Assembly: GCA_964520325.1 (NCBI GenBank)
Contig: CAZFOB010000001.1
Span: 193,556 to 257,555 of the forward strand
Direction of reading: 5' to 3'
DNA from: an uncultured Actinomycetes bacterium
Lineage (GTDB): Bacteria; Actinomycetota; JAICYB01
Length of the DNA stretch: 64,000 nucleotides
Part shown: piece by piece, positions 27,931 to 37,137 of the stretch
Layout: every line of letters begins with the position of its first letter
How positions within the stretch are numbered: the first letter of the stretch is position 1
Notes under the pieces: model-generated
Database searches by the model: none
Told to the model about the DNA's origin: nothing
What the model saw: only the letters and a program-made list of their open reading frames with translations
Position numbers and translations under genes: made by a program

Positions 27931-29277
27931 TCAGCGCGTCAGGGAGACGAGCTCGGACCGCCGTACCTTCCCGGTCTGAGTTCGCGGCAACGCGTCCACA
28001 ACGAACACCTGCTTCGGCGCGTGGGAGCCGGGGAGCCGCTCACGCGCGAACGCACGAACCTTTTCCGTGTCCGCGTCGCCGGTGATCGCTGCGCACACGC
28101 GCTGCCCCCAGTCGTCGTCCGGGACGCCGAACACCGCGGCTTCGACGACGTCCGGGTGCTCGAGGAGGACGCGCTCGACCTCCGCCGGATAGACGTTGAC
28201 GCCACCCGAGATGATGAGATCCTCACGGCGCCCATCGATGAAGAGGTAACCGTCGGCGTCGAGGCGGCCGAGGTCGCCGACCGAGAACTCGTCGCCGCGC
28301 CACGCGAGAGCGGATCTTTCGGGGTCGTTCCAGTACTCAAAGCGTGCGAAAGACGGCGCTTGCGCCCAGATGGTTCCGTCGTCGTCGACGCTCAGCCGTC
28401 TGCCGGTTCGAGCACGTCCAACCGTTCCCGGACGTTGCCGCCACTCGGCCGACGAGCAGAACGTGAACTGGCCCTCGGTCGATCCGTAGAACTCGAAGAG
28501 GTTGTCCGCGCCGAACGCGTCGATCGCTCGTCGCTTGAGGACGTCCGGACACGGCTCGCCGGCGTGGAGGATCCGTCGTGCGTCTGGCGCGGCGAAGTCT
28601 TCACGCGCGAGGAGTCGGCGCAGATGCGTCGGCACGAGGAACGCTCCCGCCACGCGCTCATCGACGAACGCCCGGGCGATCTCAGCCGCGTCGAACTGCT
28701 CGAAGACGAGTACGCGGGCACCAGCGAGTAGTGCCGACGTCGTGATGCGCAAGGGGGCCGAGTGATACAGCGGCGAGCACACCAGATACGTCTCGCCGGG
28801 TCGGGCGTCCCACAACTCGGCCTCGTCTGCCGCAAGCGCGCGCGCGTCCCGTTCGGACATCACGCCGGACCAGACGCCTTTCGCCAGTCCGGTGGTTCCG
28901 GACGTGCAGTGCATCGGACGTCCGAGCGGCACGTCGGCGAGGTCGACGGGCGAGCCATCGCCGGGCTCGTCGTCGACGACGAGCGAGGGCTGCGCATCGG
29001 TGACGATCCGATCGCGCTCGGCCCCCGACAGGTGGAGATTGACCGGAACGGGAACAGCACCCGTCCGCAGCGCGCCGAGGACCAGCGGGACATACCAGGG
29101 CTCGTTGCCGGCCACGATCGCCACCCGATCTCCGGTCCTGACCCCGTTGGCCGAAAGCCATCCCGCTGCGCGCCGCGCGGCTGTCTCGACCTGCTGGTCC
29201 TCGAGGACGAACACGCCTCGAAGCATAGATTCGCCGCGGACGGGGCAGGTCTGAGAGAATCGGGCGCTATCCAGCAC
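27931..29277 (-). CDS. AMP-dependent synthetase/ligase (short acyl/aryl-CoA synthetase family)
   Basis: 448 aa. HCTSGTTGLAKGV AMP-binding motif, YGSTEG, C-terminal GKVRR. An alternative start at 29226 (MLRGVFVLED) is possible. Confidence 0.85.
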   Translation of the reverse strand: MLDSARFSQTCPVRGESMLRGVFVLEDQQVETAARRAAGWLSANGVRTGDRVAIVAGNEPWYVPLVLGALRTGAVPVPVNLHLSGAERDRIVTDAQPSLVVDDEPGDGSPVDLADVPLGRPMHCTSGTTGLAKGVWSGVMSERDARALAADEAELWDARPGETYLVCSPLYHSAPLRITTSALLAGARVLVFEQFDAAEIARAFVDERVAGAFLVPTHLRRLLAREDFAAPDARRILHAGEPCPDVLKRRAIDAFGADNLFEFYGSTEGQFTFCSSAEWRQRPGTVGRARTGRRLSVDDDGTIWAQAPSFARFEYWNDPERSALAWRGDEFSVGDLGRLDADGYLFIDGRREDLIISGGVNVYPAEVERVLLEHPDVVEAAVFGVPDDDWGQRVCAAITGDADTEKVRAFARERLPGSHAPKQVFVVDALPRTQTGKVRRSELVSLTR

Positions 29278-29318
29278 GGAGGCGACGCTGCCTCCGGCGC
29301 GTCCCGGAAGAGGAGCAC

Positions 29319-30098
29319 GTGATGAACATCGTGGTCACGGTCAAGCAGATCCCCGACCCGAACCTCGCCCCCGCACTCGACGGCAACCGGCTCAAGCGCG
29401 AAGGCGTTGCCGGCGTCCTCGATCCGGGAGACGAGTTCGGCGTCGAAGCAGGACTTCAGATCGCTGCCGGTCACAGCGGAGAGGTGACGGTGGTCTCCAT
29501 GGGGCCGGCGCAGGCGATGGAAGCGGTACGCAAGGCGCTCTCGATGGGCGCCGCCAAAGGCATGCTCATCTCGGACGACGGCCTGCAGGGCGCGGACGCT
29601 CTCACCACCGCCAAGGCGCTCGCGGCAGCGATCACGCGCAACGGTTTCGATCTCGTGATCTGCGGCGTCGAGTCGACGGACGGATACACGGGCGTGGTGC
29701 CGCAGATGGTCGCGGCGCTTCTGGACGTTCCGATGCTGACGTTCGCGAAGTCGATCGACATCGCCGATGGACCGGACGGCAAGACCGCCAAGATCAACCG
29801 ACAGACCGAGAAGGGCTACGACGTGGTCGAATGCCCACTCCCCTGCGTCATCACGGTGACCGCGGGTGTGAACGAGCCGCGCTACCCGTCGTTCAAGGGC
29901 ATCGTCGAAGCCAAGAAGAAGCCGCTCGAGCAACTGACGTTGGCCGAGCTCGAGAACCTCACCATCGACGGTGCCGCTTCGCAGTCGGTGGACGGGATCA
30001 ACGACGCCCCGCAGCGCGGGGCAGGCGAGATCATCGAGGACGACGGCACGGGAGCTGCGAAGATCGCGGACTTCCTCACACAAGCAAAGGTGATCTAA
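29319..30098 (+). CDS. etfB: Electron transfer flavoprotein beta subunit
   Basis: 259 aa. MMNIVVTVKQIPDPN...VSMGPAQA typical EtfB/FixA. Confidence 0.9.
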   Translation: MMNIVVTVKQIPDPNLAPALDGNRLKREGVAGVLDPGDEFGVEAGLQIAAGHSGEVTVVSMGPAQAMEAVRKALSMGAAKGMLISDDGLQGADALTTAKALAAAITRNGFDLVICGVESTDGYTGVVPQMVAALLDVPMLTFAKSIDIADGPDGKTAKINRQTEKGYDVVECPLPCVITVTAGVNEPRYPSFKGIVEAKKKPLEQLTLAELENLTIDGAASQSVDGINDAPQRGAGEIIEDDGTGAAKIADFLTQAKVI

Positions 30099-31061
30099 GT
30101 GCCAACAATATGGGTATTCGCAGAGTGTGAATCAGACGGCAAGGTCGCGAGCAGCGCGCTCGAGAACCTCGCCAAGGCTCGTGAGATCGGCGATGCCGAA
30201 GCTGTCGTGCTCGGACCGGGAGCGACCGCGGCCGCGGCGACCCTCGGCGAGCACGGCGCGAAGAAGGTGTACCTGAGCGACGACTCCGTCTTCACCGACT
30301 ACGTCGCACAGCCGTCCGCCTACACGTTGTGGAAGCTCGCCGAGCAACATCAGCCCGACATGATCGTGTTCGGGATGGACTACGACTCCCGCGACATCGC
30401 CGCGCGCGTGGCCGCCAGCATCGGCTCGACGATCATGGGCAACGTCACCGACATCCTCGGTGCCGACAAGGCACAGACGCAGATCTTCGGTGGCACCAAG
30501 ATCGTCGACGTCGCACTCGGTGGTCCGAGCCCGAAGATCGTCATCACACGTCCGAAGTCCTTCGAGCCGAGCGCCGTCGGTGGAACCGCCGAAACAGAGC
30601 AGGTGGCGGTGGACATCCCGGACGGCGAGAAGAAGGCCAAGCGCATCGAACGACACGAGGAAGAAGCCGCGGGCGTGAAGCTCGAGGACGCGAAGGTCGT
30701 CATCTCAGGCGGACGGGGGCTTCTCGACCCGAAGAACTTCGAGCTTCTCGATCAGGTCAGCAAAGCGATCGCAAACTCAGCCGTCGGCGCAACCCGCGCG
30801 GTTGTCGATGCGGGTTGGGTCCCCTACGCGATGCAGGTCGGCCAGACCGGAAAGACGGTCAAGCCCGAGGTGTACATCGCGGCCGGGATCTCTGGCGCGT
30901 CGCAGCACCAGGTCGGCATGAAGGACTCGAAACGGATCATCGCGATCAACAAGGACGCCGAGGCGCCGATCTTCCAGATCTCCGATCTCGGCATCGTCGG
31001 CGACACGATGAAGGTGCTCCCGGCGCTGATCGAGGAGCTCAACAAGCGCAAGGGTGGATAA
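30099..31061 (+). CDS. etfA: Electron transfer flavoprotein alpha subunit
   Basis: 320 aa. GTG start 1 nt after the etfB stop; C-terminal FAD-binding motif [17 protein letters not shown]. Confidence 0.9.
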   Translation: MPTIWVFAECESDGKVASSALENLAKAREIGDAEAVVLGPGATAAAATLGEHGAKKVYLSDDSVFTDYVAQPSAYTLWKLAEQHQPDMIVFGMDYDSRDIAARVAASIGSTIMGNVTDILGADKAQTQIFGGTKIVDVALGGPSPKIVITRPKSFEPSAVGGTAETEQVAVDIPDGEKKAKRIERHEEEAAGVKLEDAKVVISGGRGLLDPKNFELLDQVSKAIANSAVGATRAVVDAGWVPYAMQVGQTGKTVKPEVYIAAGISGASQHQVGMKDSKRIIAINKDAEAPIFQISDLGIVGDTMKVLPALIEELNKRKGG

Positions 31062-31072
31062 CCCGACTCGGC

Positions 31073-31486
31073 CTAGCGCTTCTTGAAACGACTGGCGAAG
31101 CCGACCGCGAGGATCGTCCGGAACACTTCTTCGGTCTCCTGGAGGATCGTCCCGATCGACGCGTCAAGCTTGGGCTCATCGAGGCCCTCGAGCGAGAGGC
31201 GCGCGACGAGACAGATCACCGCTTCCTTACCGTCGATCGAGAACGCGACGCCGCCGGCACGGTGATTGCGGCGCAGGAGGAAGCGAAACACCTCGGCGTG
31301 GTTCTCTTCCGGCTCGATGATCACGTGGCTCGTGAGCTTCACCGAGCGCTCGTTCACCTCGATCTCGACGGGGATCCAGCTGCGCGCGGTTCCTGGGATG
31401 CGCACGTACCAGAATCCGTCGCGCACGCGCTCTGAGGTCGACGGCGCTGGCAACGAAGCGATCCAGGCTTCGATGACGCCCTTCAT
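31073..31486 (-). CDS. YbjN-domain protein (putative sensory-transduction regulator / chaperone-like)
   Basis: 137 aa; pattern resembles the YbjN family. Assigned by recall, not verified. Confidence 0.55.
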   Translation of the reverse strand: MKGVIEAWIASLPAPSTSERVRDGFWYVRIPGTARSWIPVEIEVNERSVKLTSHVIIEPEENHAEVFRFLLRRNHRAGGVAFSIDGKEAVICLVARLSLEGLDEPKLDASIGTILQETEEVFRTILAVGFASRFKKR

Positions 31487-31508
31487 GATGTTGGCGTCAC
31501 GAAGGGTG

Positions 31509-33608
31509 TCACGCCGGCTCGCAGACGGGACACGGCTCGCGATGCCCCGGCCGGGAGATCACGCGCGGCTCCTTCCCTTGCCCCAGCACGCAGTTCGTCC
31601 GGTGGTACATGCTTCCCTTCGGGTACGCGACGATCGCGTCGTCGTCAGGCGACGCGGGTTGGCCGGACGTCTCGATACGAGCGACCTTCTTGCGCGGCGT
31701 GAACCAGACGCGTATCTGCTCGACGAGTCCATGTGGGTTATGTGCGAGCCCGATCGCACCGAGTCCGAAGAAGATCGGCAACAGCGCCTCGAGATTGTCA
31801 CCAACGATGGCCTGCGTGACCGGGTTGTCACGCACGAACGGCTCGTGGACGAACGGCGGGATCAGCTGGAAGATCACTGCTCCCGCGAACGCGCCGAGCC
31901 AGCTCCCGATCCCGCCGATCACGGCCAGTGCGAGGAACAACAGCGATTGAAACTTGAAATACGTGAAAGGGGTAGCGAGCTGGTCGGCCCCCGACAGCAG
32001 TCCTCCACCGATCCCAGCGATGAGCGCCGACATCGAGAACGCCGTGAGCTTCAATCGCGCAACTTCGACACCAAGCGCGCCGAGTCCAACCTCGGAATCG
32101 CGCATGGCGCCGAGGGCAAGGCCGGTCTGGCTCCGACGCAGGTTCTGCACGAGCAATGCGACCGCTCCGAAGATCAGAAGCGACAGGAGGTAATACGCAC
32201 GGGGACTGGCGATCCAGCTCGGCCGCGCGAAGAAGACGCCGGACAGTCCGCCGGAAAAGCGTCTCGAGCTGAAGGCGACCTCATCCATGACCGCACCGAA
32301 GGCCAGCGTGGCAAAGCCGAGGAACAATGGCGAGAGTTGGGCCGCTCGCAATGCGATGAGCACGCCGACCGGCACGACCGCAAACCCACCGAACAAGACG
32401 GCCAAGAGGAACGGAAGACCGGCGTCGGCGATCAGATGCGCGCACACGAATGCGCCGAGGCCGGCCAGCGCCGCCTGACAGAGCGAGATCTGCCCGCCGA
32501 ACCCGCAGGCCACCACCAACGAGAGAAAGATCAACCCAACGGCCGGCACGCGGGAGAGGTGGATCTGCCAACTCGTCCCGAGCACGAATGGCGCGACGAT
32601 CGCGACGGCCGCGACGATGCCGATCCGCGTGCCGGCATCCTTCGGGGAGAGTTTTCGCATGACGGACGGCAAAGGCGGGACCGTCCACCTGTCGGTCGGT
32701 CGCCGGCGCCACTGTGGAAGGAACAGGAGGCCGAACAGGACGATGAACGGGATCGCCGGAAGAAGCTGGCGAGCGACCTCGTTACCCGCGTAGCGCTGCA
32801 CGATCAGTTGGGCGATGCCGATCCCGAAGCCGCCGGCGAGGGTGAGATAGAAGCTCTGCAACCGTCCGGCGACCGCGGCCGCGGTCGCTGCAACGATGAA
32901 GAACGTCATGGTGATCGGGTCGAGGCTCCCGAAGAACGGGGCGAGCAGGATGCCCGACAGAGCCGCGAAGCTCGTGCCGATCGCCCACGAGAAGCCCGAG
33001 ACCCTGGCTGAGTCGATGCCGCTGAGCTCGACGACGTCGGCACGGTCGACGACGGCGCGCATCTTCACCCCGAGTGAGGAGTACCGGAGGAACGCGACGA
33101 GCGCCACGGCGAGGCTGACGGCGAGCGCCACCGTTGCGATCTGTTCGACCTCGGCCCGGAAATCGCCAATCGTCCAGACAGCGGGCGAGAAGATGCTCGT
33201 CGGGGTGAGCGTGGTCCCGGTACCCCACATCACACCGGCCAATCCCTGCAAGGCGACGAGCAGTCCGATCGTCGCCACGATCTTCACGACCTCTCCGGCA
33301 TCGCGCAGACGCCGGAAGAGCGCGATGTCGAGCAGCCAGCCGAGCGCCGGTGCGAACACGCCGAGGACGACAACGAGCGCTGCGCCGGTCGGCAACTGCC
33401 ACCGCTGTGTGTACTCCATGAACAACAGGCTCACCTCGCCGCCCTGAGCGAGCTGATAGAAGACGTACGCTCCGAACATCCCGACCGCGCCGTGAGCGAA
33501 GTTGAAGACGCCGGAAGCGCGATAGGTCAGCACCAGGCCGAACGCCGAAAGCGAATAGATGCTTCCGACGACGACGCCGAGGAACAGCGTGGTCAACAAC
33601 GCTGCCAT
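31509..33608 (-). CDS. Branched-chain amino acid-type ABC transporter permease, fused LivH-LivM, with C-terminal Cys-containing soluble tail
   Basis: 699 aa. Two BPD-transport inner-membrane domains; last about 60 aa hydrophilic with C...CPVC. Confidence 0.85.
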   Translation of the reverse strand: MAALLTTLFLGVVVGSIYSLSAFGLVLTYRASGVFNFAHGAVGMFGAYVFYQLAQGGEVSLLFMEYTQRWQLPTGAALVVVLGVFAPALGWLLDIALFRRLRDAGEVVKIVATIGLLVALQGLAGVMWGTGTTLTPTSIFSPAVWTIGDFRAEVEQIATVALAVSLAVALVAFLRYSSLGVKMRAVVDRADVVELSGIDSARVSGFSWAIGTSFAALSGILLAPFFGSLDPITMTFFIVAATAAAVAGRLQSFYLTLAGGFGIGIAQLIVQRYAGNEVARQLLPAIPFIVLFGLLFLPQWRRRPTDRWTVPPLPSVMRKLSPKDAGTRIGIVAAVAIVAPFVLGTSWQIHLSRVPAVGLIFLSLVVACGFGGQISLCQAALAGLGAFVCAHLIADAGLPFLLAVLFGGFAVVPVGVLIALRAAQLSPLFLGFATLAFGAVMDEVAFSSRRFSGGLSGVFFARPSWIASPRAYYLLSLLIFGAVALLVQNLRRSQTGLALGAMRDSEVGLGALGVEVARLKLTAFSMSALIAGIGGGLLSGADQLATPFTYFKFQSLLFLALAVIGGIGSWLGAFAGAVIFQLIPPFVHEPFVRDNPVTQAIVGDNLEALLPIFFGLGAIGLAHNPHGLVEQIRVWFTPRKKVARIETSGQPASPDDDAIVAYPKGSMYHRTNCVLGQGKEPRVISRPGHREPCPVCEPA

Positions 33609-33667
33609 CAGTGATGGCTCGATGTCGTCATCCGCCCCGGATCCGGCAATGGTTCCCGCATTGACAC

Positions 33668-35296
33668 TTGAAGGGTCAAAACGCCTGTGAAAGGCTGGCC
33701 GTCATGCTACTGCCCGGGGCCATCGAACGGTTCGCAGCGAATCGGTACGCCGCGATCGGCATCGCCCTCGTTGTCATCACGGTGGCCACCTCGACGGCTC
33801 TCGTGCGCAACGACGACGAGGCGTCGAAGATCGCCGACCGCGGCCCTGATGCCGAAGCGACCGCGGAACCATCCGGGTCGACGCCACAACGAACAGCCGG
33901 CAGCGATGTCGTCGCCACGGACGCACCGGGCACGGTGGCTGCGCCCACGATCGGCGGCAGGGGCGTCATCCCCGGCATCAAAAGCGATACAACACCGTGC
34001 ACTCCGCGCACGGTAAAGGAGACCGGTGTCACCGACTCGACGATCACCATCGGGCAGATCGTCACAGACTCCAATTCGATCCCGCAGCAGTTGGGCCCGG
34101 CCCACGAAGGCCTGGAAGCCTTCGTGAAGCTCTTCAATCGTTCGGGTGGACTCTGCAAGCGCAAACTGGCCCTCGAGTACCGAAACGACACGCTCAACCC
34201 GGCCATCCACGCACAGGACGCACGCGAGCTCGCCGGCAAGGCGCTCGCATTCGTCGGCAACGAGTCGCTGTTCGATCAGCTCGACTACGACCGCGACCCG
34301 CCGTTTCAGCCGACCGTCAAGGACGGCGACTCGTTCGTCCCCGACGTCGGCGGACTTGCGTTCTCCTACCCACGGAGTCAATCGCAATGGCACGCAGGCG
34401 TGATCGGAAGCGTCTCGCCCACGCTGGTCGGCGGCGGCCAGTACCACTTCTTCCAGAGCGAGGTGAAGGCGAAGAACCAACCGTGCAAGAAGGGTGGTGT
34501 GGTCTATCTCCAGGAGCCGACCGGGGCCTCCGAGGATCAGGCGCGCGTCGGAGCTGTCTCACTCGAGCAGAGTTACGGCATGGGACTCGGTGCGGGGAAC
34601 ACGCAGCTTTACGGAGCGGGTCTGTTCTCGAACACCGTCGTCTACGAGGGGATCGTCGCCGAGATGATCGCCGACGGCATGAACTGCGTCTTCGCCTACA
34701 GCGACCTCCAGTCGAGCATCAATCTCGCCAAGGCGATGATGAACCGCGGCGTGTGGCCGCCGAAGGCGTGCAAGCTCGGCCCCCAATGCGTCCGCGTCTT
34801 CTACGTCCCGCTCTCTGCCTACGACCAGAAGTTCATCCGCGACGCCGGCGACGCGTCGCTCGACGTCAGCACATTCATCCCTCACGTCCCATTCACGGAA
34901 GGCGACAATCCGGCGATGAGCACCTACCTCGATGCGCTCAAGCAGATCTCCGGCGCGCGGCCGTCCACGTTCTCCGTCGTCGGATTCGCGAGCGGCCTGA
35001 TGCTGATCGAGGCGCTCCAGCCATGCCGCGAGGCACCGACGCGCGCATGTCTGATGGGGACGCTCCGAAAGATGAAGGGCTTCACAGCGAGCGGCCTGCT
35101 CGGAGGCACAACACCTTTCCGGACGACGCGCGTGAACTTCGACCGGTACGGTTCATTCAACTGGAAGTGGATCTTCAACCGATCTATCGCGATGCGCGTG
35201 CTTGACCGCAACGGCAAACGCGACTTCTACCGGATCAATCCGGGCAAGGGCTTCCTCGACGACGACATCCACGTCGCGCGTGGCAGCAGAGCGTGA
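33668..35296 (+). CDS. ABC transporter substrate-binding protein (type-1 periplasmic binding fold, Liv-like), membrane-anchored, unusually long
   Basis: 542 aa. N-terminal TM anchor, low-complexity linker, then PBP1 domain. Start may be the internal Met at 33706. Confidence 0.75.
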   Translation: MKGQNACERLAVMLLPGAIERFAANRYAAIGIALVVITVATSTALVRNDDEASKIADRGPDAEATAEPSGSTPQRTAGSDVVATDAPGTVAAPTIGGRGVIPGIKSDTTPCTPRTVKETGVTDSTITIGQIVTDSNSIPQQLGPAHEGLEAFVKLFNRSGGLCKRKLALEYRNDTLNPAIHAQDARELAGKALAFVGNESLFDQLDYDRDPPFQPTVKDGDSFVPDVGGLAFSYPRSQSQWHAGVIGSVSPTLVGGGQYHFFQSEVKAKNQPCKKGGVVYLQEPTGASEDQARVGAVSLEQSYGMGLGAGNTQLYGAGLFSNTVVYEGIVAEMIADGMNCVFAYSDLQSSINLAKAMMNRGVWPPKACKLGPQCVRVFYVPLSAYDQKFIRDAGDASLDVSTFIPHVPFTEGDNPAMSTYLDALKQISGARPSTFSVVGFASGLMLIEALQPCREAPTRACLMGTLRKMKGFTASGLLGGTTPFRTTRVNFDRYGSFNWKWIFNRSIAMRVLDRNGKRDFYRINPGKGFLDDDIHVARGSRA

Positions 35297-36111
35297 CGGA
35301 GCGGGCGCTCGACGTCTCGCACCTCACCGTCGACTTCGGCGGACTCCGTGCGCTCGACGACGTATCGATCGAGGTTCTTGCCGGAAGCGTCTGTGGACTG
35401 ATCGGTCCGAACGGCGCAGGCAAGACGACGCTCTTCGACTCCGTCCTCGGCGTGCTCCGACCATCGAGCGGGGGGATCGCCGTCTTCGGAACCGATGTCA
35501 CCGGACTGCCCGTGCACCGTCGGGCACGGCTCGGGCTCGGACGAACGTTCCAGCGCCTCGAGCTCTTCGGGTCGCTCTCCGTGCTCGAGAACCTCATCGT
35601 CGCCATCGAATCGGTCAGCAGCGTTGGAAACATCGCAACCGAGCTCTTGCGGCGGCCGAGCAGCATCGACGTGCGGCGGCGCGCCCAAGGGCGCGCCGCC
35701 GAACTCCTGGATCTCGTTGGTTTGACCGGCTATGAGGAGGCACGCGCAGCCGATCTATCGATCGGCTTCGCGCGTCTCCTCGAGCTCGCGCGCGCCCTGG
35801 CGGCCGAGCCCAAGCTGCTCATGCTCGACGAGGTGTCGTCGGGTCTCTCCGAAGAGGAGAGCGGGAGCCTGGTGGAGCTGTTGAAGTCGCTGCACCGGTC
35901 CACGGGGCTTTCGATGCTCATCGTGGAGCACGACATGCATTTCGTGCTTGGACTTTCACAGTTCGTCTACGTGCTCGACTTCGGCAAGCTCATCGCTTCA
36001 GGTCCGCCGGCCAAGATCCGTCGCGATCCGATCGTGCGAGCCGCCTACCTCGGAGTAGACCTCAAGACCACGAAGAAGAGGAAGCCCCGTGCCGGCGCTG
36101 CTCGACGTTAG
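35293..36111 (+). CDS. ABC transporter ATP-binding protein (LivG-like)
   Basis: 272 aa. GPNGAGKTT Walker A, LSGG signature, Walker B. Confidence 0.9.
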   Translation: MTERALDVSHLTVDFGGLRALDDVSIEVLAGSVCGLIGPNGAGKTTLFDSVLGVLRPSSGGIAVFGTDVTGLPVHRRARLGLGRTFQRLELFGSLSVLENLIVAIESVSSVGNIATELLRRPSSIDVRRRAQGRAAELLDLVGLTGYEEARAADLSIGFARLLELARALAAEPKLLMLDEVSSGLSEEESGSLVELLKSLHRSTGLSMLIVEHDMHFVLGLSQFVYVLDFGKLIASGPPAKIRRDPIVRAAYLGVDLKTTKKRKPRAGAARR

Positions 36112-36814
36112 AGGACTCGGCGTCAACTACGGCCCGTCGGCGGCATTGAGCGCCGTTGATTTCGTGGTCCCCAAGGGCGCCGTCGTGGGGATCCTCGGCG
36201 GGAACGGCGCCGGCAAGTCGACGTTGCTACGGACCATCGCCGGACTCGTCCCGCCGTCGGCCGGCACTATCACACATCGTGGCGAGCGGATCGACACGAT
36301 GAAGGCCTACGACATCGCCCGGCGAGGGATATGCCTCATCCCGGAAGGCCGAGGCATCCTTCCCGCACTGACGGTCGCCGACAATCTCAAAGTCGCGGTC
36401 GGCGACGAACGGGCCGTCCTCACCGCAACCTTCGATCGTTTCCCCGTCCTCGAGCAGCGACTCGATCAGGTTGCCGGCACGCTGTCCGGCGGCGAACAAC
36501 AGATGCTTGCGTTCGCTCGGAGCCTCCACGAGCGCGCCGAGCTATTGCTCGTGGACGAGCCATCTCTCGGTCTTGCCCCCAAGCTGGTGGACCTGATCGA
36601 AACAACCCTCCGGCATCTACACGACGATCGCAACCGCACGATCGTGTGGGTGGAGCAGTACGTGTCGCGCGTTCTCGGGTTCGCCGACTTCGTGTACGTC
36701 CTCGGGAGAGGTCGGGTCGTGTGGGCGGGCGAGCCGAGCGAGCTCGAGTCGTCAGTGCTCGCGCGAAGCTATCTCGGAGGAGCGGCTGCGCCGGGTTCCC
36801 AAAGGGCGCGATGA
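36089..36814 (+). CDS. ABC transporter ATP-binding protein (LivF-like)
   Basis: 241 aa. GGNGAGKST Walker A, LSGGEQQMLA signature. Confidence 0.9.
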   Translation: MPALLDVRGLGVNYGPSAALSAVDFVVPKGAVVGILGGNGAGKSTLLRTIAGLVPPSAGTITHRGERIDTMKAYDIARRGICLIPEGRGILPALTVADNLKVAVGDERAVLTATFDRFPVLEQRLDQVAGTLSGGEQQMLAFARSLHERAELLLVDEPSLGLAPKLVDLIETTLRHLHDDRNRTIVWVEQYVSRVLGFADFVYVLGRGRVVWAGEPSELESSVLARSYLGGAAAPGSQRAR

Positions 36815-37137
36815 GCCCGGACTACGAAGATGAGGACGATCCGTTCGTTCCGGTATGGGAAGGGCCATTCTTCGAGGCGGAACATCTGCGCCTTCGCCTC
36901 GAAGCCGCCCATATCCCAGTGGACTACGGCGACGCGCTGCAGACCGGTCACGCGCGCGTTGAGGTGCCGCGCTCGTACCTCGGCGAAGTACGCGACGTCC
37001 TCGAGGGCGTACAGGCCCGCTGGCCCGAGGTCACCAGAGCCACCGAGGACGGTTTCGACTACCACCCGGCGCTCCGGATAGCGTTGGTCGCCATGGCGGT
37101 CCTCGCGCTCGTGTTCATCGCGCTGACCGTCTTTTGA
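36811..37137 (+). CDS. Small protein with acidic N-terminus and C-terminal TM anchor, translationally coupled (ATGA) to livF; hypothetical
   Basis: 108 aa MSPDYEDEDDPFVPVWEGPF...ALVAMAVLALVFIALTVF. The ORF is the tail of track ORF 36331-37137, in frame from the ATG at 36811. Confidence 0.45.
   Translation: MSPDYEDEDDPFVPVWEGPFFEAEHLRLRLEAAHIPVDYGDALQTGHARVEVPRSYLGEVRDVLEGVQARWPEVTRATEDGFDYHPALRIALVAMAVLALVFIALTVF

Noticed and set aside
26806-28731. 641-aa ORF on the + strand
   Set aside because: Antisense to the FAD oxidase and acyl-CoA synthetase genes. Arg/Asp/Glu/Val-rich, low-complexity translation typical of spurious reverse-strand ORFs in high-GC DNA.
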